NCBI RefSeq assembly: GCF_000315625.1
Contig: NW_005434655.1
Span: forward strand, 804,807 to 868,806
DNA from: Guillardia theta CCMP2712
Taxonomy: Eukaryota > Protista > Cryptophyta
Direction of reading: 5' to 3'
Length of the DNA: 64,000 nucleotides
The position numbers and the translations under genes are program-made. The notes beneath the pieces are model-generated. The model worked only from the letters and a program-made list of their open reading frames with translations. It was not told the DNA's origin and ran no database searches. How positions within the stretch are numbered: the stretch's first letter is position 1; the number at the start of each line of letters is the position of its first letter. Shown here in pieces: positions 11,170 to 24,552 of the stretch.

Positions 11170-11804
11170 ACCTGGCACAGCCCAGTCGACATGCTGAGCA
11201 GAAAGTCGCTGGATGTACTCTTCCCTCCGCAGAACCTCCCACGTGCCCTCCTGGCCCTCCCCCTGCCCTCAGTGTGTCAGTGGAGCTCGGAGCAGCTTCA
11301 GCCTACGTGGAGGAGGAGGATGTGCGAGTGGTACTTGACGAGCGTGTCACGATGACCGACGGATACGAAGACGGAGCAGAGCGAAGGGAGGAGAGCGTAC
11401 AGCCTTGCCTCCGAGCTCGTGTCTAGCGCGCTGGTGGCTTCATCCAGGAACACCTGGAGGAGGAGGAGGAGGAGGAGGAGGAGGACGAGGACGAGGACGA
11501 GGAGGACAAGGAGGACAAGGAGGAGGACGAGGAGGACGAGGACAAGGAGGAGGAGGACGAGTCAGCGGAGAGATGACAAGGGAGACTGCAGAGAGGGTTG
11601 GTGGAGACCTGCTGGACTTTGCCGTAGTTGATAAGACGGGCAAAGGAGAGTCTTTGCTGCTCCCCGGGAGAAAGTCTTCGGCTCCAGTCAACCTCCTTGC
11701 TGCACGTGTCAGGAGGGAAAGAAGAGGGAGGAGGAGGAGATGCTGGTGGAAGGAGCGAAGAAGATCACTGAAGCAGAGGAGAGCGAAGGTGGGCAGAAGC
11801 AGGT

Positions 11805-11838
<34 letters not shown>

Positions 11839-13243
11839 AGGCGAGGAGGAGGAGGAGGAGGAGGAGGAGGAGGAGGAGGAGGAGGAGGAGGAGGAGGAGG
11901 AGCAGCAGCAGCAGCAGCAGAGCAGCAGCAGCAGCAGCAGCAGACGAGGAGGAGGACGAGGACGACGACGAGGAGGAGGAAACAAGCTGTAGCCGCAGCT
12001 GCAGCCGCAGCACTCATTCTCACCCGGACCGAGGTCTTGTCCATCGAGACGCCCCAGCCCCACCTCGTTGAGCAGCTGGAGCAGGCGAGCAGAGTCCGTG
12101 ACAGACCCGCAAACTCCGAGGTGGGGGTAGCAGATGCAGTCAGCGAGGCTGCCCATGGGCATGTAGACCTTCTGCGGGAGGAAGAAAACCGGATCCCCCA
12201 GCTGGACTGAGCCTGACCCTGACTCCCAAAGGCCGCAGAGGACGCGGAGGAGGGAGGTCTTGCCTGCTCCGGAGGGCCCCATGATCAGGAGGGACTCGCC
12301 GGCCTCCAGCGTGACCCGAAGATCCTGCACAAGCTTGCGGACGGTGCGGGGGACGCAGACTGACAAGCTGCGGATGACGAGGCCTTGGCCTTCAGCCTGC
12401 TGTGAAGGCGGAGGGGAGGAGGAAGAGGAGAAGGTCTGCATGCTGATCTCCCGCTCTCCTCGCTGAGACCTGTCGAGGAGGGCAGAGTCCGTGCTGCGAT
12501 TGACGTCCTCGAAGGTGAAGACCTGTTCGAGCTGCTTGCTCCCGACGATGGCGATCACGAGAGCTTCGAGGCGATCGAGCCCGGTGGCGAAGGAGGAGAA
12601 CTCGTCCGTCCTGTTGGCGATGACGAAGAGGGAGTAGCGAAGCATGAAGAATGCATCCTGCGCCTGCTTCACGACTCCAAACTCCACCTCTCCTGCAAGG
12701 TACTGCGGAGCCACAAGGACGGCCGGGAGGATCCCAGTGAGGTACTGGGTCGCGTTCTGGAACATCTCAAGTCCGAACATGCACCAAATGACGTTGCGGT
12801 TGTTGGCGATGAGAGCAGAGAGGAAAGAGCGAGAGGTCTGAAGCTCCCGCCCCCCCCCGTTGTACATGGCGATCGACTCAGCGTTCTCTCGCACCCGGAC
12901 GAGGTTGAAGCGGAGATCAGCCTCGCACTTGCGCTGGATGAAGTTAAGGACTGTGAGCCTCTTTCCGAAGAGCCAGGTGATGGCGCCGGTGATGAGAATG
13001 GAGTAGAGGATCGTGAAGACTGCAAGCTTGCCTGAGATGTTGTAGAGGATGGCGCCGAAGGAGAAGATCTGAAGGCCAGCGCCGAGAAAGACGACCATGA
13101 AGTTGAGAGAGGTTTTTGTGAACGACTCGATGTCACTGACGATACGCTGATCCGGGTTGTCGATGCTGTGTAGAACGTCCTCATCGTGGCTCCCCTCCGA
13201 TGACTGCAATGGTTCATGTCAGAGTTTGCGGGGAAGAAAGGGT

Positions 13244-13287
<44 letters not shown>

Positions 13288-14124
13288 AAAGATGGGAGGG
13301 GAGAGAGAGGAGGAGGGAAAGAAGGGGAAAGAGGAAAATGCCAAGTGCAGGTGGAAGAAGCTCGAGAAGCAGAGCAATGCACAACGGAGCAGATGAAAAG
13401 ATAAGGAGGACGAGGACGAGGACGAGAAGGACGAGGATTAGGACAAGGATTAGGACAAGGAGGACGAGGACGAGGACNNNNNNNNNNNNNNNNNNNNNNN
13501 NNNNNNNNNNNNNNNNNNNNNNNNNNNNNNNNNNNNNNNNNNNNNNNNNNNNNNNNNNNNNNNNNNNNNNNNNNNNNTGAAGCAGATGTTCTTTCCGCCT
13601 CCGCTTCTTCCTCGTCTTCCGCCATTGCACCTGACGATGACGCCGTCGTCGACGCCGCGGTGGACGAGGAGGAGGAGGAGGAGGAGGAGGACGAGGTACC
13701 TCAGCAGCTAGCCTGAAGAATGCTCTCTCATTGCAGTAGTACAAGGTGATGAGGTGGTTTGTCATCCACTCCCTCCACATGAGCGCCAACCTCTGCAGCG
13801 TCCACTCTGGAAACATTCTCAGGCGCTATGCTGGAAGACGAGGAAGAAGAGGAGGAGGAAAGAAGATGAGGAGGAAGGGACCTTTGAGAGCGAGGACGGG
13901 AACGGCCACAGCGATGATGAGAAAGTAGAGGAGAACAGCACCCCAGAACCTGCCTTCCTCCTTTTTGGAGAGGGCCTGCCAGACTTACAAGGTCAGGGAG
14001 CTGTTGGACAGAGGAAGAGGATCAGAACCGTGAAGAACTCTCCCTGCTGGAAGTTGAGTTTGACAAGGAGGGAAGTCGTGCCGAAAATCTGAGTCGAGGT
14101 GAGGAAGACGATGGGAACGCAGAG

Positions 14125-14181
<57 letters not shown>

Positions 14182-14187
14182 CACGTG

Positions 14188-14222
<35 letters not shown>

Positions 14223-14420
14223 TAGACAGAAGGAAAAGGATAGGGAGAAGGAAGAGGAGGAGATCAGCAGGAAGGAGGCAAGGACGAAGGATAATCATTT
14301 TAGTCTTGAATATGGACAAGATCATGAGGGAGGAGGGCGAGGGGAGGGAGGAATGAGCTGAAAGCACATCCCATGATGGTCTACAAGTGACTCTTGACCT
14401 CCCCAGTCTGCAGCAAAGCA
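11170..14420 (-). CDS. ABC transporter subfamily D half-transporter (multi-exon; 5' end uncertain, may extend further)
   Basis: IDNPDQRIVSD, EADLRFNLVRVRENAESIAMYNG (EAA motif), Walker A GPSGAGKTS, FFLPQKVYMPMGSL, Walker B VFLDEATSALD, SVGHR. Confidence 0.9.
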
Positions 14421-16410
14421 TCAGCTAGCCACGTGCTGGAGGTGAAGGAGGAGAATGAAATCCTGGGTCAGTGCCCTCATCCTCTGGCTCCTCTTCAACA
14501 TGCAGGCTGCACCCGAGGCTCGGAGTGACCCTGGACATGTCGATGCCGCAAGAGCTCCCTGCGCTCTTCGCTGGAGACTTGAGCAGCTGGTCTTGAGAGG
14601 AGGGGTCGATGATCAAAGGCTGCAGCAGACATGGAAGGACGTCAGTGTCATTCCTCTCCCCTCTTTCGTGCCTGAGAGCAAGTTGGCAGAATCTTTCCCC
14701 ACTGGACCAAGAGCTCAGGAGGAGGAAGAGGAAGTGGAGGGAGGCTGTGCAAGAAGAAAGTTCTGACTTCGTTGAAGAGAGCAAGGAAAGCCATTCAGTG
14801 CCGCCATAGTTCTCCTTCCTGTCCTGCTGACGCGCCTCATGCAGGATCTGGACCCTGATCGCCCTGATGCCTACGTGGAGCCCGAGGTGACTAGTCAAGA
14901 CCTTGCGCGAGCTCGCTGCTGATTCCTCTCAGGAGCCTGTTGAGAATGAAGACTTCGATAGAACCGGTATTGTAGTCCCTCCCTCCCTCCCTCCCTCCCT
15001 CCCTCCCTCCCTCCCTCCTCTCCCTCCCTCCCTCCCTCCCTCCATCCATCCNNNNNNNNNNNNNNNNNNNNNNNNNNNNNNNNNNNNNNNNNNNNNNNNN
15101 NNNNNNNNNNNNNNNNNNNNNNNNNNNNNNNNNNNNNNNNNNNNNNNNNNNCAATTCAGGGTCGAAAGACCAGGAGGAGGAGGAGGAGGAGAGAGAGAGG
15201 AGGAGGAGGAGGAGGAGGAGGAGGAGGAGGAGGAGGAGGAGGGGCGACCGACGGCGCAGCCTGACCGCAGCGACAGCATTGGAGGTCATGCCGGAGTATG
15301 AGGAGGAGCCCTTGACAGGCAAGCTGAATGTGAGGTTGAGAGACAAAGTACTTGTGTTCTGTGTGCTGCCTTCTGTCCTCTGAACGCTATCGCAGCTCAC
15401 TTTCATGTTGACTAAGAACGATTACAAGAAGGTGCTGCCACCAGTCCTCTGCCGCGTCACCTGCTCGTTCACCCTGATCTCCTCCTCCTCCTCCTCCTCC
15501 TCCATTCCCTCTACGCGCCTCTTCTTCCTCCTCAACTTCTTCTCCTCTCCACCGTCTCCTCCTCTCCAACTCCTTCCCCCTTCACTTGTCCACCTCCTCT
15601 GCACCTCCTTTTTCCTTCCACTCTTCCTGCTCCTCCTCAGCTGCTCCCCTCCCTCCTCCTCAGCACCTCCTTCGGATTATCTTGGTGTGATGTTCAATTG
15701 AAACACGTCTCCAGCGACTGTCATACTCGGAAGCTATCGAGGTCTGCGTTCCCTCCTCCTGATCCTAACCTTGACGCTCCAACAAACAGGTCGAGCGAAT
15801 ATGGCAGAACAATCGAGCTGTCCTGCAATCTCAGAGGTAAAATTCGCTCTTCTTATTTCATTTCCTCAGCTCCTAATTCGGCCACATCAGCGAATCAGAC
15901 CACGACAACCGAAACTTGCTGCCGTGGGAGCAGGTGAGGAATCAGATGATCGTGGAGACGGTGGAGTGAGGATGGGATGGTGTAGAATCAGGGGGTCGAT
16001 GCAGAGAAGGGCGGCGACAAGGAAATCGGGGACAATGGTCCTCTCTTGACCATGCAGGAAGCAAGCCAGATGCTTGACGAGGCTATCGAGTACGTCAGGG
16101 AGCGAGATCGAGGTCTTGAATTGTGGGCAGAGGAGACTAGAAACTGACGGAAAAGCTGTCAAGCTCGACTGATGTACCGCGGCGAACTGTACAAAGACAG
16201 TGACGGTGAGCGTGGTTGAGTTGTTTCTGCAAAGGTGACTGTACTGCAGATGTAGAGATGAAAGGGATTGAATACAAGGGTGAGGCATGAAATGTTAGTG
16301 TCGGAGTTGACAACCAAAAGATAGACAACAAGAACGACAACAGACATCACCATCACATTCTTGACAACAAGAGTCAACACCAAGTTCACTACCTCAAGGG
16401 ACAAGAGACC

Positions 16411-19400
16411 ATGAGCAACACAAGTCTACAAGATGCCTTGATGGCTCCCGAGGACCCCGAGCCAACGCCGAACCTGTTCGATGACTACGAATACTGTGAT
16501 CTGAAATCATGCATGAGATATGAAGCCCTGAAGGCTGTTGCAGACAAGGAAAAGAAGAAACGAATCGACTCCGACGACGTATATATTGTGTCTTGTTCAT
16601 GATCATGTTTTCATTGGCTATGATGTCTTCTTGGCCATCATATCTGTATCATCCAAGATGTCTTCACTAACCAAACATGTCTCTTTTCATCAACAAGCAA
16701 GACATCAGTCGTGTCTTGTGATATTTTTGCTCCTCAGTCGATTCGAAACCTCGTTGCCTCTGAACTCTTGAACGTTTCTTCCACGACAAGTAAGATTTCT
16801 TACGGCGAGCTTGTCTCCGGGGAACCGCCGTAAGTACCTCCTCTCCTGTCCTTGTTTCCTCCTCGAGATTGAATTTGATTTCTTCATCATGTCACTTCTT
16901 GTGACCGTGAAATTCTGAACGCAGCGACGAATGGCCTTTCCGACCTGGAAGGAGGACCAAGGATAATATTTTCGACCACGAGATAGACGAAAATCTCCTG
17001 GAAGTCAGTTGGACCTGGTGTTGTGCACGTTTCTCAGCTCACTGCAGAAGTACACCCTCACGTGGGACAAGATCTTGAAGAACGAAGAGTTCTGGATCGA
17101 GAGGATTAAGAGGTCTATGGACAGGGAGGTTTGTCCTACCTCTCCCGTGCTGCCCGTGTTGTCACCCCTGGGTTCTCATGACCATATATGCTGATGTGAA
17201 TTTGAATGAGAGATTCTCCTTCCCTTCACTCTCCTTCCCGCTAGTCTCTTCCCTTTCTCTCTCCTCTCCTCCCCACCCTTGTCTCCTCTCAATGCTCTTC
17301 CTTCCCCCCTCTGCTTCTCTTCAATCCCCTCCCCTCTCCTTCCCCCACCTCCTCTCCTCCACCCTGACCGCTCCCTGCTCGCCGCAGTACTTGGAGACTC
17401 TCCTGCAAGTGCGGGAGAAGTGGGGATTCGTCCCAGTGCCTGACGTCGATGTGGAGGGAGTGACATGCTGGAACTCGACTGTTCCTCCTCCTCTGCTCCC
17501 TCCTCCCTCTCCAAGGCGAGACGACCTCATCCTCCCCGATGCATTCAAGACGTTCGCTGCTGCTGTCTGGGCAGCGAAAGATGGAGAGAGAATCTTCTTG
17601 AGGGCTGGAAACCACACATGGAAGGGAGCAGAGTAAGAGGAGGAGGAGAAGGAAGAAAGTTGGGAGGGGAACACGGGAGGAGGAGGAAGAGGGAGGAGGA
17701 GAGATTGACAGCTGTTCTCCGCAGGTCAAGGAGTGACCTCGCCATCCAATATGACGGGATCTTTATGAACTCAAAACTCCCTCCTCGAATCATCGAGGTG
17801 CTCTTTGGCATCGTCAGCGTCCCCAACTGTGAGCTAGATCCCTTCCTCCTGGCTTCTCCTGACCTTCCTCCTCCTCCAGTTCTCCGTGCAGAACCGACGC
17901 TGAACCTCCTGGAGCTCGAGCAGGCAGGGCAGGAGGAAAGTTTCTGCTTGCATGTCACCGGAGAGGAAGGAGCGAGACTGTGCGGGAGGATGATGCTTCA
18001 GGCCAACTCGGTCGGCTCCTTCCTGGGGGTGCGACTGGCGATGGAGAACAACAACAGCTACCTGGAGGACGAGAAAGACGATGCGGTTTACATGAATGCG
18101 ATAGAGACGAGGGGGGGGCCATGGCTGTTCCAGCACTGCGAGCTCAGAGCTTGCGGGGCCGTGGCCCTGTGCGCGGCGAGACGATCGCTGACCAAGATAC
18201 GGCAGAGCGTGATAGGAGGGGTATCTCACCAGCGGGAACGTCACTCGGGAGGAGGAAGAGCGACGTGCGGGCTGCTGGCAAGGGACTTTGCCAGGGTCGT
18301 GCTGAACGAAGACACGATCGAGATGACAGGGACCGTTATCCTACCTGCGCTGCATGCGGTCGGGATGAGCCAGGTCTCCGTAGACAGGAGCGTGTTCCAG
18401 CGTAACATTCACTCGGTCGGCGTGCTGGACAGAGCGCAGGTGAAGCTCTCGAGCTGCTTCCTGCAGAACAACTTCCAGGGCGCGTTCCTCGCAGTGAACA
18501 AGCAGGGGGAGGTCGCACGGGATGACGAGCTGGGGGAGGAGGAGAGAAGGATGGTGGAGGTTATGCTGACAGAGAGGGCGAAGAAGGAGCAGGGGATGAG
18601 AAAGTTCTTCCATCAGTTCCCCATCCACTGGGACAAGTACAGGAGAGCATGGACGAGGGTCCCGTCGCGGCCCACCAGGAGGATGGACCCCCTGCTGGGG
18701 AACGTGACAGACGGCTGGCTCTACGGCCTTCCTGGATGGACCCATGGAGTCCCCGACAGCGTGAAGGAGCGAGTGGAGGCACTGATGGACGCAAGTATCG
18801 CCTCGTCCTCGAACCTGCTAGAGCTCTCCTCCTCCGTCTTCAAGTGGGGCCAAGTCGGCTGCCCGCTGTCCCTCCGGATCGCCAACGGAGATGCGGAGGG
18901 TGACCAGCTGACCATCAACTTCAACGGAGGCTCCCACGAAGCCTCGCTGCACGTGCGGGGCTGCAACGTGTCCGGGGCCCTGTGGTCCACCAACGATCGT
19001 CCGGGAGTCTTCAGGAGCGAGGACGTGCTGGAGATGCAGGACGTGTGGAAGGAGACGTTCGTTGAGGGGCCCTACCGCATGAACTGCTCCCACATGCTGG
19101 AGCAGTTTGGGTTCAAGTGGGACGAGAGCATGCGGGACTGGCTGAAGCCCGTCCGGCGAGCCGACGGCTCCTACGTGTTCGTGCGATGGAACGAGACGAG
19201 GTTTGAGGACGAGGCTCCTGGAGGGTATCCGGGGACACCGGAGGACTACCCGATGTTCGACCCTGAGACAGGAGCAGAGATCTTGCCGCTGAACGAGACG
19301 GTAGTGAAGAGGAAGTCTATCCCCTTCCTCAACTTCGAGACCGGCGAGCCCCCAAAGGCGATCGCCGAGCACTGGAAGAAGGAGAAACGCATCATCCAGC

Positions 19401-19892
19401 TGAAGGAGCTGCTGGAGCTGAAGAGGCTGCGGGAGGACCCCGAGTACTTGACCATGAAGCTAGGTGAGCTCGAGCATGCTCCTTCTGGAGGGTTGCTGAG
19501 TCGAGGATGCAGCAGGGGATCCGGAGCCTGAGGAGGAGGGGGTGGGGCTGAAAATGAAATACTACAAGACAGACGCCGAGCGCCGCGTCGCCTCCATGCG
19601 CCTCCTGGAGAAGTTCTTCAACCGACCCTACCGGGGCAAACTGTACGTGTCCACTACCACCAACTCCTCCTCCTCCTCCTCCTCCTCTTCCTCCTTCTCC
19701 CTCCTCCTCCTTCCTCCTCCTCCTTCTTACTCACACCCTCTTTCTCCTTCCCCCTCATTCCTCCCTTGCAGAGAGGCTGGCAACGAGGAGCCTATCACCC
19801 TCTACGACTTTCAGCCCAAGGTCAGGAAGCATTTCCTTGGGGTCAGAAACGCAGCTGACCCCGACGCCCGCGTGTACTATTACTGTGTTTAA
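16411..19892 (+). CDS. Hypothetical protein with probable right-handed beta-helix (pectin-lyase-like) region (multi-exon)
   Basis: DLILPDAFKTFAAAVWAAKDGERIFLRAGNHTW, GPWLFQHCELRACG, periodic V-x-L/I-x-x-S/C-x-I/F repeats. Long exon with C/G-ending codon bias. Confidence 0.6.
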
Positions 19893-20219
19893 GTGAGTAA
19901 AAGTTCAACACCGTCAGTCAACATCGGCGGCGAGTCAGGCCCGGACCGGGCCTGCCAGCACTCCGGCAGTCACTGTTGCTGCGTTCGGCCTCAGCCCGGC
20001 CGACTCAGCCGCTCAGTGCCAGCGGCCCGGCGCTCCGAAGTTTGAAGCCGGGCCGGGCTCGGTTCAAGTTCGCCGAGTCGCGGCAGCGAGTCCCGGTGAC
20101 GGTGAAAGGAGGGAATGAGGGGGATGAGGTCTTCACGTGTGCTGGGGAAGTTTGGACCATCGAAGGAGAGGAGGAGAAGGGAAGGGAAGGGGAAGGAGAG
20201 GAGAGATGAGGGGGAGACA

Positions 20220-21742
20220 ATGGCGGAGCAGATGAACAAGATATCAAGAGCTTGTACTCAGGTTGTCGAAGTCTACGGGAGAAGTCTGGTTAAAAGCACA
20301 TAGATACTCGCAGATTACATGTCCAGAGTGTTCATCGATGCTGAGAGTGAAGTGAATCTAATGGCAAAAAGATGCGAAGTGGATTAGGATATCAGATACC
20401 CGTGGATTCAGGGAGAAAATGCCAACCGTGCAATGGTTGAGGACATCGCATGTGCAGGAGGGATGCGGCCGATGCTGATCTCGATGTCAGGGCGACTCTA
20501 TGGCGTCAAAAAAGACTCCTCCTCACAGCATCAAGGTCTTCACACGTCAAAGAAGCTCTTCTTCCATCCCCTTGACAACTGTTTGCACAGCTGAACAAGC
20601 GAGGTGACAGACTTGAAGTTCGCGTCACCCTCCCGCGGCACATACCGGATTCCGTCTTAGATATCAAGGCAGATAATGGAGGTAACGTATCAAACGTCCT
20701 CCTCATCGTCTCCTCATCGTCTCCTCATCGTCTCCTCATCGTCTCCTCATCGTCTCCTCCCTCCAGTCTCCTCCCTCCAGTCTCCTCCCTCCAGTCTCCT
20801 CCCTCCAGTCTCCTCCCTCCAGTCTCCTCCCTCCAGTCTCCTCCCTCTACTCTAGTCTCGAACTCACTTGCCCCGTAGGCTTCAAGTTGGACACCGGAAG
20901 CTGGGGAGGGGGCTACCACCTGGAGGCCGCATGGCCGCAGAATGTGGAGGGGAAGGTAAAAGCAGGAGATGATGTGGAAGTGAACGCGAGCATGGAGGCG
21001 GGGGTCCTTCGGATGTTCTTCGAAGTTGAGCAGGAGAATGCGGACGGAAACAGCAAGAGAGCCGGAGACAAGGTGAAGACAAGCAAGTCGAAGCAGCCGG
21101 CGAAGGGGAAGAAGGAGACAGGGAAGAAACAAGGCAAGAGGGGCAGGGCAGAGGTAGAGGAAGGGGGAGACTCGGCAGAGGTGGGCGCGAGTGACAAGAA
21201 GCCGAAGAAGAAGGCAAAGACGATCGTGTCGGATAAGAGCACGGCTCTTTCTCTCATGGAGTCGATCGTCGATAAGGCAGAGGCTGAGGTGGAGGTGATG
21301 CTGTTTGTCCTACGATGTCGACGCTCGTGATGTTGCTTGCTGTGCCAGACCAAGCTGAAGAAAGAGAAGGAGAAGAACGACAAGATCAAGCAAATCATGG
21401 TAGGTGTGCGTACATGCTGTTTTGGGACATTGACGTCTTGGAAGGATAAGCGCAATGAGAGAAAGTCGATGAAGCAAGAGAAGAAGACTGTGAGTTTGCA
21501 CATGTCATCCATGCTAGAGATGATTCTCATCCCAGGTGTTGATGCAAAAGCTCAAGGAGGTGAGCTCCAAGAAGCAGGCGCAAGAGAAGAAGAAGGAGGA
21601 GGTGATTGTGTGGGATGATATCTCTTTTCTCTCAACCGCCATTGCAGGCCCCAGAGACAAAGAGCAAAAAGAAGCGAGTGAGCTGGGGACAGAACGAGTC
21701 AAGATGACGAGGGAGGGGATTACAATGAGAGTGAACTTTTAA
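20220..21742 (+). CDS. Hypothetical lysine-rich protein (multi-exon)
   Basis: ATG at 20220 after a GC island. Coding-like exons (e.g. 20880-21293) separated by short GT-AG introns. No family recognised. Confidence 0.5.
20697..20848. repeat. Compound intronic minisatellite: (TCCTCATCGTC)x~5 then (TCCTCCCTCCAGTC)x~6-7
   Basis: Directly visible. Confidence 0.9.
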
Positions 21743-22000
21743 TCTTAGAGACGATGCTCTTCTTCGAGTGATGTGCCTGCACTACCTTGTTGTCATAGAC
21801 CACAGCCGGCTCCTTTAGCCTGTCAGCCATCAAGTCCCGATGCTCATTCAGCCCTCTGCTTGCAAGACGGTCACCTCATGATCCCCCCGACTCAAGATGA
21901 AACTGCACTTGCCTGGTCAGAGTCGACACATGCTCGTCCCATCGATGGTTGTGTATGATCTTGCTCCTGGTCCTCTCATCTAGTCGCTGATACCAAGGGC

Positions 22001-23030
22001 TCAGTTTGACCCTTGGATAGCCGTACTTACCGAGCACTCCAGGCAGACCTCGTTCGCCGCGTGCTTCCTTCCACTGCATCGTCCCCAGGGACCATACTTG
22101 GCTACATGGCCCACACTGCCAGGCCCCGTCAGCAGGAGCGAGAGCAGGAGGAGGAGGGCAGAGGAGTTATGGGAGCAGGGAGACCCGAGGGAGTTTGTCG
22201 TCAGCATCTTTGACTCCTGCAACCATCAACCCGTTAGATCACAGTGGAGAGGAGAAACTTGGTACCATGGCTGCCGCAGAATTTCTCGCGTCCATGCGCC
22301 CCTCCTTGGTGCTACAGCACATATCAAGGGCAGGACGAGACAAGAGAGTCTGAGCATCACGATCGAGCTTGTCTCTCCCAGATCTGAAAGGTCGTGCTCT
22401 TGTGATTCCGAATCAAAGAGAGCTTCTCCTCGAACTCCTTGACGGCAGCAGATTTCTTGGTTCTGCTCTTCCTCTTCTCCTTTGATTGATGCTTGCTGCT
22501 GTTCTTTCTCTCCGCCTCCCTCTTTTCCGGTGGTTTCTTCTTGGGGTCCTCCTGCTTTACTGTTGACCATCGTTTCAGAAGCGACAACGATCATGTTACC
22601 TCGGCCAAGTCCTCATCGCTCTCTGATTCTGCATGATTGATACGCTGTGTAAGTAAGTCCCCGGAGATGTCCTTCCAAACAAACAGTCATCCTTCATACC
22701 AACATCGCTCAACCACTGCAGCTGTACATATTTCGTGATGGAGTTGCCGAAGGAGTCGAAACCTCTCCACATGCTGCTGATGAATTCTCCCACCTGGAAG
22801 ACCACAAGTGCTATCAGCTCTCAACCGCATCCGCTATCATCTGCCGCGCGAGCGAGAGGGTAACACACAAGGTCACGAGTACTACATGCCATCAGGGGCA
22901 TAGCGCGACACGGTCTTTCAAGTTTACAGCAGCATCTGCGAATGGCAATGGGACATGGCAAAGTTCTCTGAGCATCCGATTACATCGAAGCTGTTGCCCT
23001 TCGATCTCTCTGCCGCGCCTTCCATGCCCA
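22001..23030 (-). CDS. Hypothetical protein (multi-exon)
   Basis: Coding-like segments (MWRGFDSFGNSITKYVQLQW...; KKPPEKREAERK...) with short intervening introns. No family recognised. Confidence 0.35.
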
Positions 23031-23099
23031 CCGCTGCTGCCCCTTCCTGCGCCGCTGCCATGATGCCAGCCTTGTCCCAGCGCTGCCCGACAGCTGAAC

Positions 23100-23560
23100 A
23101 GAGTGTGATCCGATCATCCGATCGGGACTCCAGTAGGGCCGGCCCGGGCCCCGCCGGCGGCGCGCGGCCCGGGCCCCGCCGGCCCGCCGGGGCGGCGGGT
23201 CACCGGGTGCCGCAGTGCCCGGGGGGGAGAGAGCGCGGCCGGGGGGGGGGGCCGCGAATCATCGCGGCCAGTGCGGCACTGACGGTGACTGCTGGCCGCG
23301 GGCTCAGGGCTTGGAGTCCGACCGACCGTGGCACGGCCGGGCGTTGCACCCTGAGTCCGGGGCGGACTCGTGCGGCCCAGTGCGGCCGGCGGGCCATTGG
23401 CACTACCGGGCTACCGTCTACCGAGGCTCAGGCTACTACCGACGCACGAGCGGGGGCGGCGCCCAGCCCGCCCCCCCCGCGTGCCACTGACAGTGAGTCG
23501 GCGGTGCCGCCGCACCGTCACTGGCAACAGGCAAGGCTGCGCGCAAGACAAGTTGAGTCA
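23100..23560. promoter_or_regulatory. CCGG/GGCC-rich intergenic island (largest of six similar ones)
   Basis: Very GC-rich with dense CCGG, GGCC, CAGTG and GACTC/GAGTC. Lies between divergent gene starts. Confidence 0.45.
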
Positions 23561-24552
23561 CAAATATAAATTAGTTTCGCAGGATCAAGTTGGAATTCTG
23601 CTTGCAATCATCGGAGGGCCACCTCTCGTTTTACTGGGGCTGGACCGGGTCCTTTGCGTTGCTTACACCACCCCACCCCCCTATCCTCCAGTACATTTCA
23701 GGCTCTCAGTTGGGGGGGACTCGCACCGGATATCGGGGGAGTGCGGCGGAAGATAGGGTCGTGATTGTGGAGTGTGGTGGGTAGGGGTGGTGACGAAGGA
23801 TCTTCTAATCGGGGTGGTGGGGGTTCAATTCTTCCACTTCTGGGGGAATCGGTGCTGTAGTAAACTTACGCAGAATTGAGGGTGGGGGTCCAAAAGTGCT
23901 CTTCGGCGGTAGGGTGGGTCCCCCATGTGCGGTACCTCCAGGCATGTGGTGGTGGGTACTCTTCGGTTTTTGGGGAACTGGGGTGGGTAGTTTGAGGGGA
24001 AATGGAGGGGTGGGGTCAAAAAAGAGTCATGGCGGTTTGATCACTCATCCCCCGTACGCACAAGTGGAGGACTAGGAAGGGGGACGAGCCGCGTGGCAAT
24101 GGCAGGAGGAGGAGGAGGAGGAGGAGGTGGTGGTGGTGGTGGTGGAGCATCAGCAGGTAGAAGGAGCTGGAAGCAAGAGCAAGGGCAGGAGCAGGAGCAG
24201 TCATGTAAGATCTGGAGCAGGAGCAAAGAAAAGGACACTGAAAGTACCTTGTAGGCTCCTCAGAAGGGGAGGAGCTCGGAACCAGCTCAAGACGATGAAG
24301 CTAGGACCCTAGAAAGATGGAGACGGCTGGAAAGAGAATAAGGATAGCAGGGGGGGAGCGAGGAATCGAATGAGTGCTAGGGGGAATAGAGCACCTTGCT
24401 TCAAAGGTGGGGGCGAGGTACTAAATGTGCTGTAGTGACGGAGGCTCCAGCTTGGGGAGTGTCAGGCAGGGAGCAGATTGCTAAGTCTCAGGTGCAAGCT
24501 GCATGTTTCGATGGATACACATACTGCATTCCTCTGACTCCTCTCATCACAG

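Noticed and set aside
11405-12210. Poly-G/R/L/S/P ORFs here and at 52.9-54.5 kb
   Set aside because: They are translations of intronic microsatellites or antisense frames of real genes.
22955-23756. Pro/Gly/Arg/Ala-rich ORFs
   Set aside because: Stop-free by composition across a GC island, with no coding signature.
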